A program made the position numbers and the translations under genes. 64,000 bases of DNA from the human T2T-CHM13v2.0 reference genome, Homo sapiens. The first letter of the stretch is position 1. The number at the start of each line of letters is the position of its first letter. The stretch is taken from assembly GCF_009914755.1 (NCBI RefSeq), contig NC_060945.1, one strand, 5' to 3'. A model generated the notes under the pieces. That model worked only from the letters and a program-made list of their open reading frames with translations. It searched no databases and was not told the origin of the DNA. Below are positions 29,251 through 40,104 of the stretch, one piece after another.

Positions 29251-30549
29251 CGTCCCCATCAGAGACCTCCTGCAGACCTCCAGCTGTTTGGTCCATGGGT
29301 GGGTTGGTTAGGTCTGGGTTCAGAAGCCCCTTCAGTGTAGGTGCTCAGCTGGGCCATGGAGTCCTGGCCTTCCCTCTGAGCACAGACCCACCGGGAATGG
29401 GCAGCCCGTTCTTAGTGACCCTGGGGGCTGGGGAGCACCCACCCTCTGAGCCCCAGCTCGGCCTCCATGTGTCAGGTGGGAGGCACGGGCAGGGCCAGGC
29501 TGTGGGAGTCCGGGAGGGAGTCAGAGGTTGGCTGGGGCAGAGGTGGGGTCAGGGAGCAGGAAGTGAGCGTTTGCCCACTGGGGTAGACGCTGGGTGGATG
29601 GGGAGCTGGGAGTCCTATAGGGTGAAGGGTCTGCCGTGGGCTGAGGCATGTTGGGGCATCCCGAGTACCTATGGGCCCCTTGGACGTCCCCCCGGCGCTC
29701 CCTGGCACAGGTCTGCTCGGAGGGTGTCGGCCTCCTCTGCATTCAGGATCGTGGGTCTGTCAATTGGGACACCTATGAACAAATGCTCTTCCCATCAGTA
29801 ACTCCGTGTGCCCCTCTCTTGAGCCCCTGTGAGATGCACCCTGGGGTCCCAGCCTCACCCACTATCCTTCACAGCAGAGCTGTGGGTCCATGGCCCAGGC
29901 AGGGTGGCCAATTCCTGCCCACTGCAGTCGGCAAGGGGGACACTGGGGCCTCAGGCTCATCTTCTGGGTGCGTTTATAAAGCCAGCACAATGTGCAGCGT
30001 TTGCAGACAGTATCCTCTGTGAGCAAGAGCATGTTTAAAGGGGGCTCATTTGAAACCCTACCTACAGGGCTGCCATCCCTCTGGTGAATGCCCACGTGGG
30101 TGACAGTGATTCTAGCCCTTGATTTCCTTGAGCTGATGGTGGGCCCCTGGGCTGAGGAGACCCTCAGCCAGGAGGTCCCAGGCCCAGGGATGAGTGAGCT
30201 GTACAGCAGTGTCACAGCAAAGCAGCCACCCTCACCCGGGGCCCATCCAGCGTGTGCAGTGGGCAGAAGCCTGCGTGAGCTGGGCAGGGACGAGGGACTG
30301 TGCCGCCGCCCCATTGTGAATCTGTGTTCATTTTCCTGACTTCCTTCATTTCTTGTGATTTTAAAGCTGGGGAGTGGAGATTCTACTTCCTGCTCTATCT
30401 GGAAGGAGAGGGCTTTCGGTTCGGCAAAAAAGTCGTCTTTGTGGGCGCCTGTGCCTCAGGCCACGTGGAGGCCACATGGAACTCCCATTGGGGAGGGGAC
30501 CATGGGACTGGATGGCGGGAAAGTGCCCCACCCCTGCAGCCCTGGAACT

Positions 30550-30905
30550 GTGGCTGGGGTGGGGCTGAGGCTGGGGGAGGGGGTCTGGTGGGGAGGGAGC
30601 TGAGGCTGCTCAGGGGACTGCTGGTGGGGGGCCCTAGAAGGAGGGAGCCGTGGCTGTGGGGTCCCTGATGGGAGGGAGATGTGGCTTGGCGGGGAAGCTG
30701 TGGAGGGAGGGAGCTGTGGCTACTGGGGAGCTGTGGCTGGGGGAGTGCCGTGCCTGGGGGTCTGTGACTGGGGAGTTGCTGGCTGGGGGGCAGCCATGGC
30801 TGGGGGAACCCTGGCTAGGGAGGGGCTGGCTAGGGGCGAGCCGGGCTGCGCGGGGCCCTGGCTGGGGAGCAGCTGGCTGTGGCAGGAGCTGTGGCTGGGG
30901 CTTCT
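30550..30905. repeat. G-rich degenerate repeat (GGCTGGGGG and GGAGCTGTGG motifs)
   Basis: Direct reading. Confidence 0.8.
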
Positions 30906-30994
30906 GCTGTCTGCATCCGTTCCTGTACATAGTGAAGGTGGGTTCTATTGCCAAGGTTCTGCAGGTGAGGGTGTGTGCTGTTCACACCACAGCA

Positions 30995-32190
30995 TCACAC
31001 AGGCACTCTCCTGCACACACACACTCACACACACACTCAGACACACAGGCACTCTCCTGCACACACACTCACACTCAGACACAGGCACTCTCCTGCACAC
31101 ACACTCACACTCACAGACACACAGGCACTCTCCTGCACACACACACACAGACACAGGCACTCTCCTGTACACACACACTCACACACTCAGACACACAGGC
31201 ACTCTCCTGCACACACACACACTCACACAGGCACTCTCCTGCACACACACACACACTCAGACACACAGGCACTCTCCTGCGCGCACACACACACACTCAG
31301 ACACACAGGCACTCTCCTGCACACACACACTCACACTCAGACACACAGGCACTCTCCTGCACACACACACTCACTCACAGACAGACACACAGGCACTCTC
31401 CTGCACACACTCACACTCACAGACAGGCACTCTCCTGCACACACTCACACTCACAGACAGGCACTCTCCTGCACACACTCACACTCACACACAGGCACTC
31501 TCCTGCACACACACACTCAGACACACAGGCACTCTCCTGCACACACACACTCACACTCAGACACAGGCACTCTCCTGCACACACACACACACAGACACAG
31601 GCACTCTCCTGTACACACACACACTCACACACTCAGACACACAGGCACTCTCCTGCACACACACACACTCACACAGGCACTCTCCTGCACACACACACAC
31701 TCAGACACACAGGCACTCTCCTGCACACACACACACACACACAGGCACTCTCCTGCACACACACTCACACTCAGACACACAGGCACTCTCCTGCACACAC
31801 ACACACTCACTCACACACAGACACACAGGCACTCTCCTGCACACACTCACACTCACACTCAGACAAGCACTCTCCTGCACACACTCACACTCACACTCAG
31901 ACACACAGGCACTCTCCTGCACACACACTCACTCAGACACAGGCACTCTCCTGCATACACACACTCACACTCAGACACACAGGCACTCTCCTGCACACAC
32001 ACACTCACACACTCAGACACACAGGCACTCTCCTGCACACACACACACTCACACACTCAGACACACAGGCACTCTCCTGCACACACACACACTCAGACAC
32101 ACAGGCACTCTCCTGCACACACACACACTCACACACTCACTCAGACACACAGGCACTCTCCTGCACACACACACACTCACACACTCAGAC
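30995..32190. repeat. Large CA-rich VNTR, about 31 units of CAGGCACTCTCCTG plus a variable (CA)n/CT spacer
   Basis: 31 copies of the GCACTCTCCTG core counted by eye. It explains the 483-608 aa pseudo-ORFs. Confidence 0.97.
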
Positions 32191-32919
32191 CCTCACACTC
32201 CAGGGCTGGGCAGGGGACCCCGGACCTGGCCTCTGGAGCTCATCCCTGGGTGCCTGGGCAGGGAGTGCCGGTCACACTGTGCACCCATCCTTGTTTTCTC
32301 GATGTTGGGTTTACTTTTCCTGCCGGCTGCACGGCCTGCCCTTCTCAGGGCTTTGGGCTACTCTGCAGGGCTGGTGTTCAGGGCAGGAAAGGGGAAGGGG
32401 CAGTGGAGAGGGAGTGTGTGCTGTAGAGGCTAAGACCCCATTTGCACTGAGCCCTTCCATGGCTGTTCAACTCTGACGGGAGTCCACTGAGGCTCAGGAC
32501 GCCTCTGCAGGGTGCCAGGGCCACGCAAGCTCCACAGCACGTGGACAAAGGCGCATCTAATCCTTGCAGGCAGAGTGGCTTATTAGACACGTTAGCAGGT
32601 CTGTCTGTGCAGCCGGAAGGAAGAAAGTGAAGTTAGATGCCCACATGTGACTTGGCATCCAGAGGCACATTCCAGATGGCGACCCGGGGCTCCCTGGTGT
32701 GGTCTGGGGGCCGGTGGGGGCCGAGGGGCTGCTGTGGGTCTGTGTGGAGATGGATACCGAAAGCCACAGGACGTGCTTAGGGACTTGCATGGCAATTTGG
32801 CAGGGCCGTTCCCAGCGCAAAGAAAGGCTGTCGGAGGTGCAGGCCACGCTCATCACCCGCATCTGACCCCACCAGGCATCCCACAAATGTGACCCTTATG
32901 TGTCTGTTAAAAACTACAC

Positions 32920-33960
32920 TTAACGTTTTTTAATTCGAGAAAACCTATCTGTTGCTGTTATGTACAGTGCTGTAATCAGCAAACGTGTTCCTTGGTCATT
33001 TCCGCAACAGAACACAGTGGGAGGGGCCTGCTCTTCCGCAGCACCCCAGGCAGGCCTGGACCGCCCGAGTGGCCGTGGTCCAGGGGCGCGGAGGGCGCAG
33101 CGCGTTCCGTTTCGGCTCCTCTGGTGCGTGCCTCGTGTGCGTGTGAGCAGAGGCCGTGTGGATGCCGGGCGCCCGCCGGTCACGGGCTGGTGGGCAGAGA
33201 GGTCATGACCTTTTACTTTCTAGGCCTTTACGTATCGCAACGTGTGCGTTACGTTCATCATAAAAACGTCCGACGAAACCAAGAGCAAAGTGAACTTCTT
33301 GGTGAAAGTTGCCATTGGGACTTCGGTGCCTGCTGAGAAATGCCTGGGCCTCTGGCTCCCCCTGGCGGCCGGTCCCTGGCTTGACGGAAGCGCGTCGCGC
33401 GGGCTCCAGACGTCCTGGGCCAAGTCCTGTGCGCGGGGCCTCCGGGTCTGCGAGCTGCGGCCGTGTTCAGAGCGTGTTTTGCCCGGAGCTGCTGCCAGCC
33501 TGGGCGGCTTTGGGCGCGTGCAGCAAGCAGGGTTTGGATTTGGAAGTGCAGCTCGTCCTGGCGCCAAGCACAGAGCCTGGCCTCTAAGATGCTCGAGAAA
33601 TGCCGCTCTCTGCGCCCCTGAGTGCTCAGTGCGAGCCTGTGAAGTCCATTACAGTCTCCGGCTGTGAATGTAGCAAGGAGTGGGAACTAGGCCTGGGAGA
33701 TGGGAGTGTTTGTCTGATGACTTCCTGAGCGAAAGCAAACTGGGAAATCTCGGGCTGCGCGCTGGTGCCCCGACTCCGCACCTCCTACCCCTTCTGTGGG
33801 GCCAGCACCCAGAAAGCGCCAGCGGAGGCTGGCAGGCCGTGGGCCGCATGGGCGGAGGGGCCGGTCCTCCGATGATGGGGCAAACGTCTCCGGCCTAGCC
33901 CCCGACGCTCGGGGATGTAAGGGCAAGGGCTGCGGGGTCGGAACGTCGGCTGTGGCTGTG
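32920..33960. promoter_or_regulatory. Intragenic CpG-island-like region
   Basis: Dense CpG including GGCGCGG, GCGCAGCGCG and GCGCGTCGCGCG, and CpGs retained in AT-richer context at 33228-33280. Confidence 0.6.
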
Positions 33961-34249
33961 GCTGTGTGACTGCTCCGCACCAGCTCAGCTTCCTCACCTG
34001 TGCACACAGGCTCCCGCTGGAATTTGCTGCGTTCTCCAAGCTCTGCAAGATTCAGAAGCAGAGGCCTCCCTGGGCTCTCACAGCCCCTTAGCTTCTTGCC
34101 CACCCACGGAGAGGGTCCAGAGCTGCCCCTTGCTGTCTGTGAGGAAAGCGGGTGCTTCAGGCCTGCCAGGGGTCCACTGGGAGTTGCTGGGTGGGCTCCT
34201 CAGGCCCTGCCCAGGGCTGACCCCTGGCTCCAGGTCCTGGGCCTCCGTG

Positions 34250-34616
34250 CCATGTTCCCCGCAAGCAGTCGGGGCCTGCTGGGGTTTGAGCCACGTTCCC
34301 CGGAAGCAGTCGGGGCCTGCTGGGGTTTGAGCCACGTTCCCCGGAAGCAGTCGGGGCCTGCTGGGGTTTGAGCCACGTTCCCCGGAAGCAGTCGGGGCCT
34401 GCTGGGGTTTGAGCCACGTTCCCCGGAAGCAGTCGGGGCCTGCTGGGGTTTGAGCCACGTTCCCCGGAAGCAGTCGGGGCCTGCTGGGGTTTGAGCCACG
34501 TTCCCCGGAAGCAGCTGGGGCCTGCTGGGGTTTGAGCCACGTTCCCCGGAAGCAGTCGGGGCCTGCTGGGGTTTGAACCACGTTCCCCGGAAGCAGTCAG
34601 GGCCTGCGGGGGTTTA
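34250..34616. repeat. VNTR, 41-bp unit x9
   Basis: CCACGTTCCCCGGAAGCAGTCGGGGCCTGCTGGGGTTTGAG at 34250 + 41n; inner units are nearly identical. Confidence 0.97.
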
Positions 34617-36456
34617 TGTCACACCCTGGCTGCACGTGGGGATCGTGTCTAAGCTTTTTGGAAATGTCGATGCCGGACTCCGCCCCAGACCTGGAGCTAG
34701 GAACTGGCCCCTGGCCGTGGGCCCAGGCAGGGTGAGGTTTCCCAGCACCCTGGGTGATCTGAACTTGGGAGCAGGGCTGGAACCTGGGGGCAAGATCAGC
34801 ACTTCTAGGACGTTATCGTGCGTGGGAACCACGGGACGCTCACTCATAGGAGGCTCAGCAGTTCTCTCGCTGTGCCGAGGCTGATGGAGACCTCACTGCT
34901 TGCCCCCGGGATGCAAACCCCGGGGACACCCGCCTTTCCGCTCCAAGCTCTGCCCACCGCCTCACATGGCCCTGGGAATTACAACAGACTTTCCCATCTC
35001 CCCACTATGGGCGGAATCTGCTGCAGCTGCCCAGACCTGGGGTCTTGCAGGTTCTGGACACCACAGCTCCCCTACACACAGAGGCTGCTCCTGCGTGGCC
35101 CTGGTCCCTCACCTCTACTTCTGGCACACGCTCCTCCACCTGCTGCCCTTCAGGGTTCATCGAGGTCTTATTTTGGTTCTGTACTGGGAGAGGGGGAAGC
35201 AATGGGGCAAGACGCTGCCCCTACTGTCCCCAGAAGATGAGGGACAGCACAGATGCCCAGGTAGAGTTTTCCTGTGTTAAATCATAAAACCCCCACATGC
35301 CCATCCCAGGTGCCCCACCTGCCCCAGCAGCTGCCTCCAGGCCTCGGGACGCTTGAACCCACCTCGAGGGCTGCCAGCTCCTGGCCTGGAGGTGCCCCCA
35401 CCGGGTCCTCCAGTCCTGCTGCCCGGTGGCTCTGGCCATGGTTCCCGTCCCGGGCTGTTCATGTTCCCCCTGCTCCTCTCCGTGATCTGCCATCTCTGCT
35501 TCACCAGCCGGCGCCTTCTACAGAACACGGCCGTGAGCTTCCCATGTTCTGCCGCTGGCTCTTCACGCCAACAGGTCTCCTCTGAGCAGGGCCAGCTTAT
35601 GGCATGGCGCCGGGTCAGCTCTCACCTGTCCCCCTCAGACGCCCACCTCTGATATGCAACTATTTCCAGCAGAAAATGTCCCATGTCCTTAAAGGATGGA
35701 GCACGCTGCTGGGAACACGGCTCTCTCCATAAAGGAGGGACTCCCCATGCCACTCCCAAGGCCACGGGAGGCCGCCCTCAGCACAGGGTCCATGGGGTCT
35801 CGGGGTCTCCCTGCCAAAGCACAGGCCTGGTGACCCCCTGGGACCCTCACTCCAGGGAGAGGACTGTGCATCTTGTGTGCTTCTCACAATCACTGTGTGG
35901 GGTTCAGCCCAGGGGAGGTCACCTCGCCCTCATCCACGCAGTCCTGCGGGGAGGCCCATTTGCCCTGACTGCACAGTCCTGCAGCTCGGCTGTGCCCTTG
36001 AGTGGGTGGCGCTGCCCTGTTGCCCACCGTAGCTGCTGTGGGGCCACAGCCTTGAGCCTGGACACTGGCCATGACTGGATACCACCGGTGCACAGGGTGC
36101 ACGTGAGGAAACCCTAACCGTTCTGTGCCCGTGCCTTGCTTTTTCTCCTTTAAATCCCACCTGTGAGTTTTATTTTTGTAACTGCAGAGCATGATGAAAA
36201 CCGTGAAGCCACAGAGGCACACGTCGTGTCTGTGGGGAGGGCCCCTCACTCTCTGGCTGCACATCACCCATGTGTCTCACTCACCATGGGTGTCCCTGCC
36301 CCTGAGCCCACCCTCACCTCTGTCAGCTGGGCAGGCGCTGCCCTGTCAGCCTCTGCCTCCACTTCCTCCACTCCTGGACATCGTAGTCTCTGTCGCCGGG
36401 TAGTAGCAGGGCCGGACCCCTTCGGATGAGCACGCCCAGGCCCAAGAGTGGCAGTC

Positions 36457-36901
36457 CTGGTGTGGGCGGTGGTGCTGGTGTGGGCGGCGGTCCTGGTGTG
36501 GGCAGCGGGGCTGGTGTGGGCAGCGGTGCTGGTGTGGGCGGCGGTCCTGGTGTGGGCGGTGGTGGTGCTGGTGTGGGCGGAGGTCCTGGTGTGGGCGGCG
36601 GTCCTGGTGTGGGCGGAGGTCCTGGTGTGGGCGGTGGTGGTGCTGGTGTGGGCAGCGGTGCTGATGTGGGTGGTGGTGCTGGTGTGGGCGGTGGTGGTGC
36701 TGGTGTGGGCAGCGGTGCTGATGTGGGTGGTGGTGCTGGTGTGGGTGGCGGTGCTGGTGTGGGCGGCGGTGCTGATGTGGGTGGTGGTGGTGCTGATGTG
36801 GGCGGCGGTGCTGGTGTGGGCGGTGGTGGTGCTGGTGTGGGTGGTGGTGGTGCTGATGTGGGCGGCGGTGCTGGTGTGGGCGGCGGTGCTGGTGTGGGTG
36901 G
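36457..36901. repeat. G-rich VNTR of 18/21-bp units (CTGGTGTGGGCGG(TGG)YGGTG/C)
   Basis: Direct reading; unit lengths are multiples of 3. Confidence 0.95.
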
Positions 36902-38689
36902 ATTCCTGGAGGACAGCTGGGTCTTGCATCCAGCACAGGTCCTGGTGCCTGGGAGGTGCTTACCCCATGGCCCCAACCGGCACAAGTGTGGCTGTCACAG
37001 CTGGGGTCTGGGTAGGTCTGGCAGCCCCATGGGAACCTGGCTGTGTGAGCCTGCCCTGGGGCCTTCCATGAGAAAACCCAGTTAAGGAGCAACCTGGTAA
37101 ACCCTTGAAAACCAAGTGGGCCTTCACCAGCTTGAAAGGCCGCCCGTGCCTTTCCTCCTTGGCCCTCACAGCCCAGCTCGGCATCGCAGCAGAGTCCCGG
37201 TGGTGGAGATGCTTTGCCACTGGCCACCCAGAGCTAGGAGCCTCGGCCAAGGGCTCCCTCCTTGCACTGTGGTCTCTCGGGACCTAGGAGGTCCCGGGGT
37301 GTGGACTGTGCTGAACTGTTCTCCGACAGGCGGCCCTTTTTCTCCCACGTGGGCGAAAAGTGAAGCCTCTGGGTGGTCCTGTACCTGTCTGTCACATCCC
37401 GGGCTGCAGCCGGGTCCCCAGGGAGGCCTCCGTGAAAACACAAATCAAGTGCCAATTTCCTGGTGAAGAGTCTTTATGAGAGCAATGCGGCCCCGTGCCC
37501 CTTTACGCGGCTCTGCTGGTGGAGAGGAATAGCTGAGCTGCAGCACTAAGGAGAGATGCCTGCTGCATGATCCCCTAGATGCGTCCGAGGGACACTGGAC
37601 ATCTGGTGGCCCTCCAGACTCCTAGGAAGGGGACCGTCCTCCCAGTGGCAGCCAGGACTGCCTGTCCTCTTTTGGGTGGCCAGGATGTCACAGGGCGAGT
37701 AGGTGTCTGGCCCTACCACTGGGGGGCCATGTTGCCACGCAAGAATTCAGTGTCCCTCTGTGGGGAACGTGCTTCCCGGCTGCCACGCTGTCGCTCTCTC
37801 TTGTCTTCTGTTCGGCCCCTTCCCCGTTGCACATCCTGGCCTGGCGTGGTCGTCCCGTGGCGTCCTCTACCCTTTCCCATGTGACACATTCGCTCCATGG
37901 TACCTCCTGCCTCCCGAAATCACCTCTAAGTTCACTTTGTGCCAGGTTTTGTTCTCCAGCGCATCTTCAGTGCTGCGAGCAGGCTGGGCTTGCAGCAGGA
38001 GCACGGGTGTGCGTGTGGAGTGAATGAAGGGCCGTGTGCCCGAGTAGGTGGCGTGCAGGGGTGTAGTGAGGTGCGTGCAGGGGTGTAGTGAGGTGTGGGA
38101 TGTGCAGAGTGAATGAAGGACGTTGTGCTCGTGTGGGTGATGTGCGGGGTTGTGGTGAGGCGTAGGGCTGGGGTCGGCTGGTCGTCCGGACTTTTGGTTT
38201 TCTGGCTGTAAAATGCACATGCCAGGATAGTTGTGAGGTGCACGCTCACTCGTGCATGGAGGGTGGTTCCACAGTGCTGTGGACAGAGGAGCCCTCGATA
38301 AATGCCAGCTGCGAGCACCGGGGGCCAGCACGAGAGCAGCTCTGAGAGCCTGGGTCGTGCAGGGCGAGAGAGGCTCCGGGGAGTGGAGGCTGTGAGCCAG
38401 GGAGGAAACACTACTCCACGTGTTAGGAGGAAGCCACGTGCTCCTCGAACATGCTGGTACTAGGTTTGAAAACCAACATTAGCAGCAAAGATGACTCCGT
38501 GTCCATACCCTAGTTTTTAAAAGTTGATATAGCCCCTCTAAAAATGAGTTTGAAAGCACAGGAATTTATAAGAGAAAAACTTTCATCAAATACATGAAAA
38601 AAATCAATCTCACTCAAAATGGAATTAATAAGAAATCAAGCAGCATTAAGGATTGCGTGGTTTGGAAAATGTGATGTGGGTCTCCCTTG

Positions 38690-40100
38690 ATTGTTTTGAA
38701 CGGCTTTATTGAGATGTAATTCACATTCCGTGCAATTCACTCGAAGTGTACAATCCAGTGGTTTTCAGTATATTCAAAAATCTATGCCACCATCATCCCC
38801 ATCGACCGTGGAACATTTCATCACTCCAGAGAGAAGCCTTTCCGCCGCCCTCCCTCCCTCCAGTCCTGGCCACCGGTCATCTCCTTTCTGTCCCTGGGTT
38901 CCGTCTTCTGAGCTTCCATACGAATTAAACCATGGAACGTGTGGTCGTTTCTGTCTGGCTTCTTCCCCTCGGCGTGTGGTTTCCGGGTTCGTCCGTGTTG
39001 CACCCTGTCCCAGGGCTTCATTCCTTGCTGTCACTGAATAATGTCCCACCAGGTGGAGGCACCATGCTGTGCTTATGGATTCAGCATTTGGTGGACTTCT
39101 GAGCGGTGTCCACCTTTTAGCTGTGATGAACGGTGCTGTTGTGAACACTTGTGTACAAGTTTCAGTGTGGACATGTGTCTTCGTTTCTCTCGGGTATATA
39201 CCTAAGGTGGAATCACTGGGACTATGGTAACTGTGTTTACTCATTTGAGCAGCCGCCAGCCTGCTTTCCCAAGTGTCTGCACCATCTCACGTCCCTTCCT
39301 GCAGCCTTGGGAGTTCTGATTTCGCCACATCTTTGCCATCACTTGTTTTTCTCTGACTTTTTGTTTCCAGCCCATGTTGGGTGTAAAGCAGTGTCTTGTG
39401 GTTTTCATTTGCATTTTCATGATGACTGATAATGTTGAACATCTTTTTTTGTCTTTCTTGGCGATCTGTATTTCTTCTTTGGAGAAATGTCTATTCCGAT
39501 TCTTGCCCACTTTTAGTTGGATTATTGTCTTTTTGTTGTTGATTTATGAGTTCTTTACATCATCTAGATAGAAGTGCTTCCTCACATATATGATTCGCAA
39601 ATATCTTCTCCCATTCTGTGAGATGTCATTTCACTTTCTTGATGGTGTCCTTTGAGGCACAAAACTTTTAAGTTTTTACGAAGTCCAATTTATTTTTCTT
39701 TTGTCACTTGGGCTTTTGCTGTCATATGTAAGAATCTTTTGCCAAATCCAAGGTTATGAAAAAGAAAACCTTCAAAAGTTTTTTTATTTTAGCTCTTTTA
39801 TTTAAGAGCTAAAATAAAAATTTTAATAGCTGCATGTGGTGTGAAGTAGGGATCCAGCTTCGCCCTTTTGCGTGTATCTGTTCGTTGGCCCAGCACCGTT
39901 TGTTGAAGGCTGCTCTTTCCTCACTGAACAGTCTCGACATTCTTGTCAAACATGAGTTGCCCGTAGGTTATGAGTTTATTCCAGAACCCTCAGTTCCACT
40001 GCACCGATGCGTGTGTCTGTCCTTGCGCCACTCCCACACTGTCCTGTTACCATCGCATTGTAAGTCTTAAAACTGGGAATGTAAGTCCTTTGACTTTTTT
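38690..40100 (-). mobile_element. L1MB-like element, 3' UTR plus 3' part of ORF2
   Basis: GCTTTATTGAGATGTAATTCACA..., TTGCATTTTCATGATGACTGATAATGTTGAACATCTTTT, TCTTTGGAGAAATGTCTATTC and CCCAGCACCGTTTGTTGAA match antisense L1. Confidence 0.88.
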
Positions 40101-40104
40101 CTAA

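Noticed and set aside
30650-32476. Three overlapping long His/Thr-rich ORFs (608, 584 and 483 aa)
   Set aside because: They arise from a stop-free CA-rich VNTR open in all three frames, with no exon structure or domain.
34250-34616. Regular repeat arrays as CRISPR-like (also 25177, 27844, 30995 and 51951)
   Set aside because: Head-to-tail tandem units without unique spacers, no cas genes, and primate intronic context.
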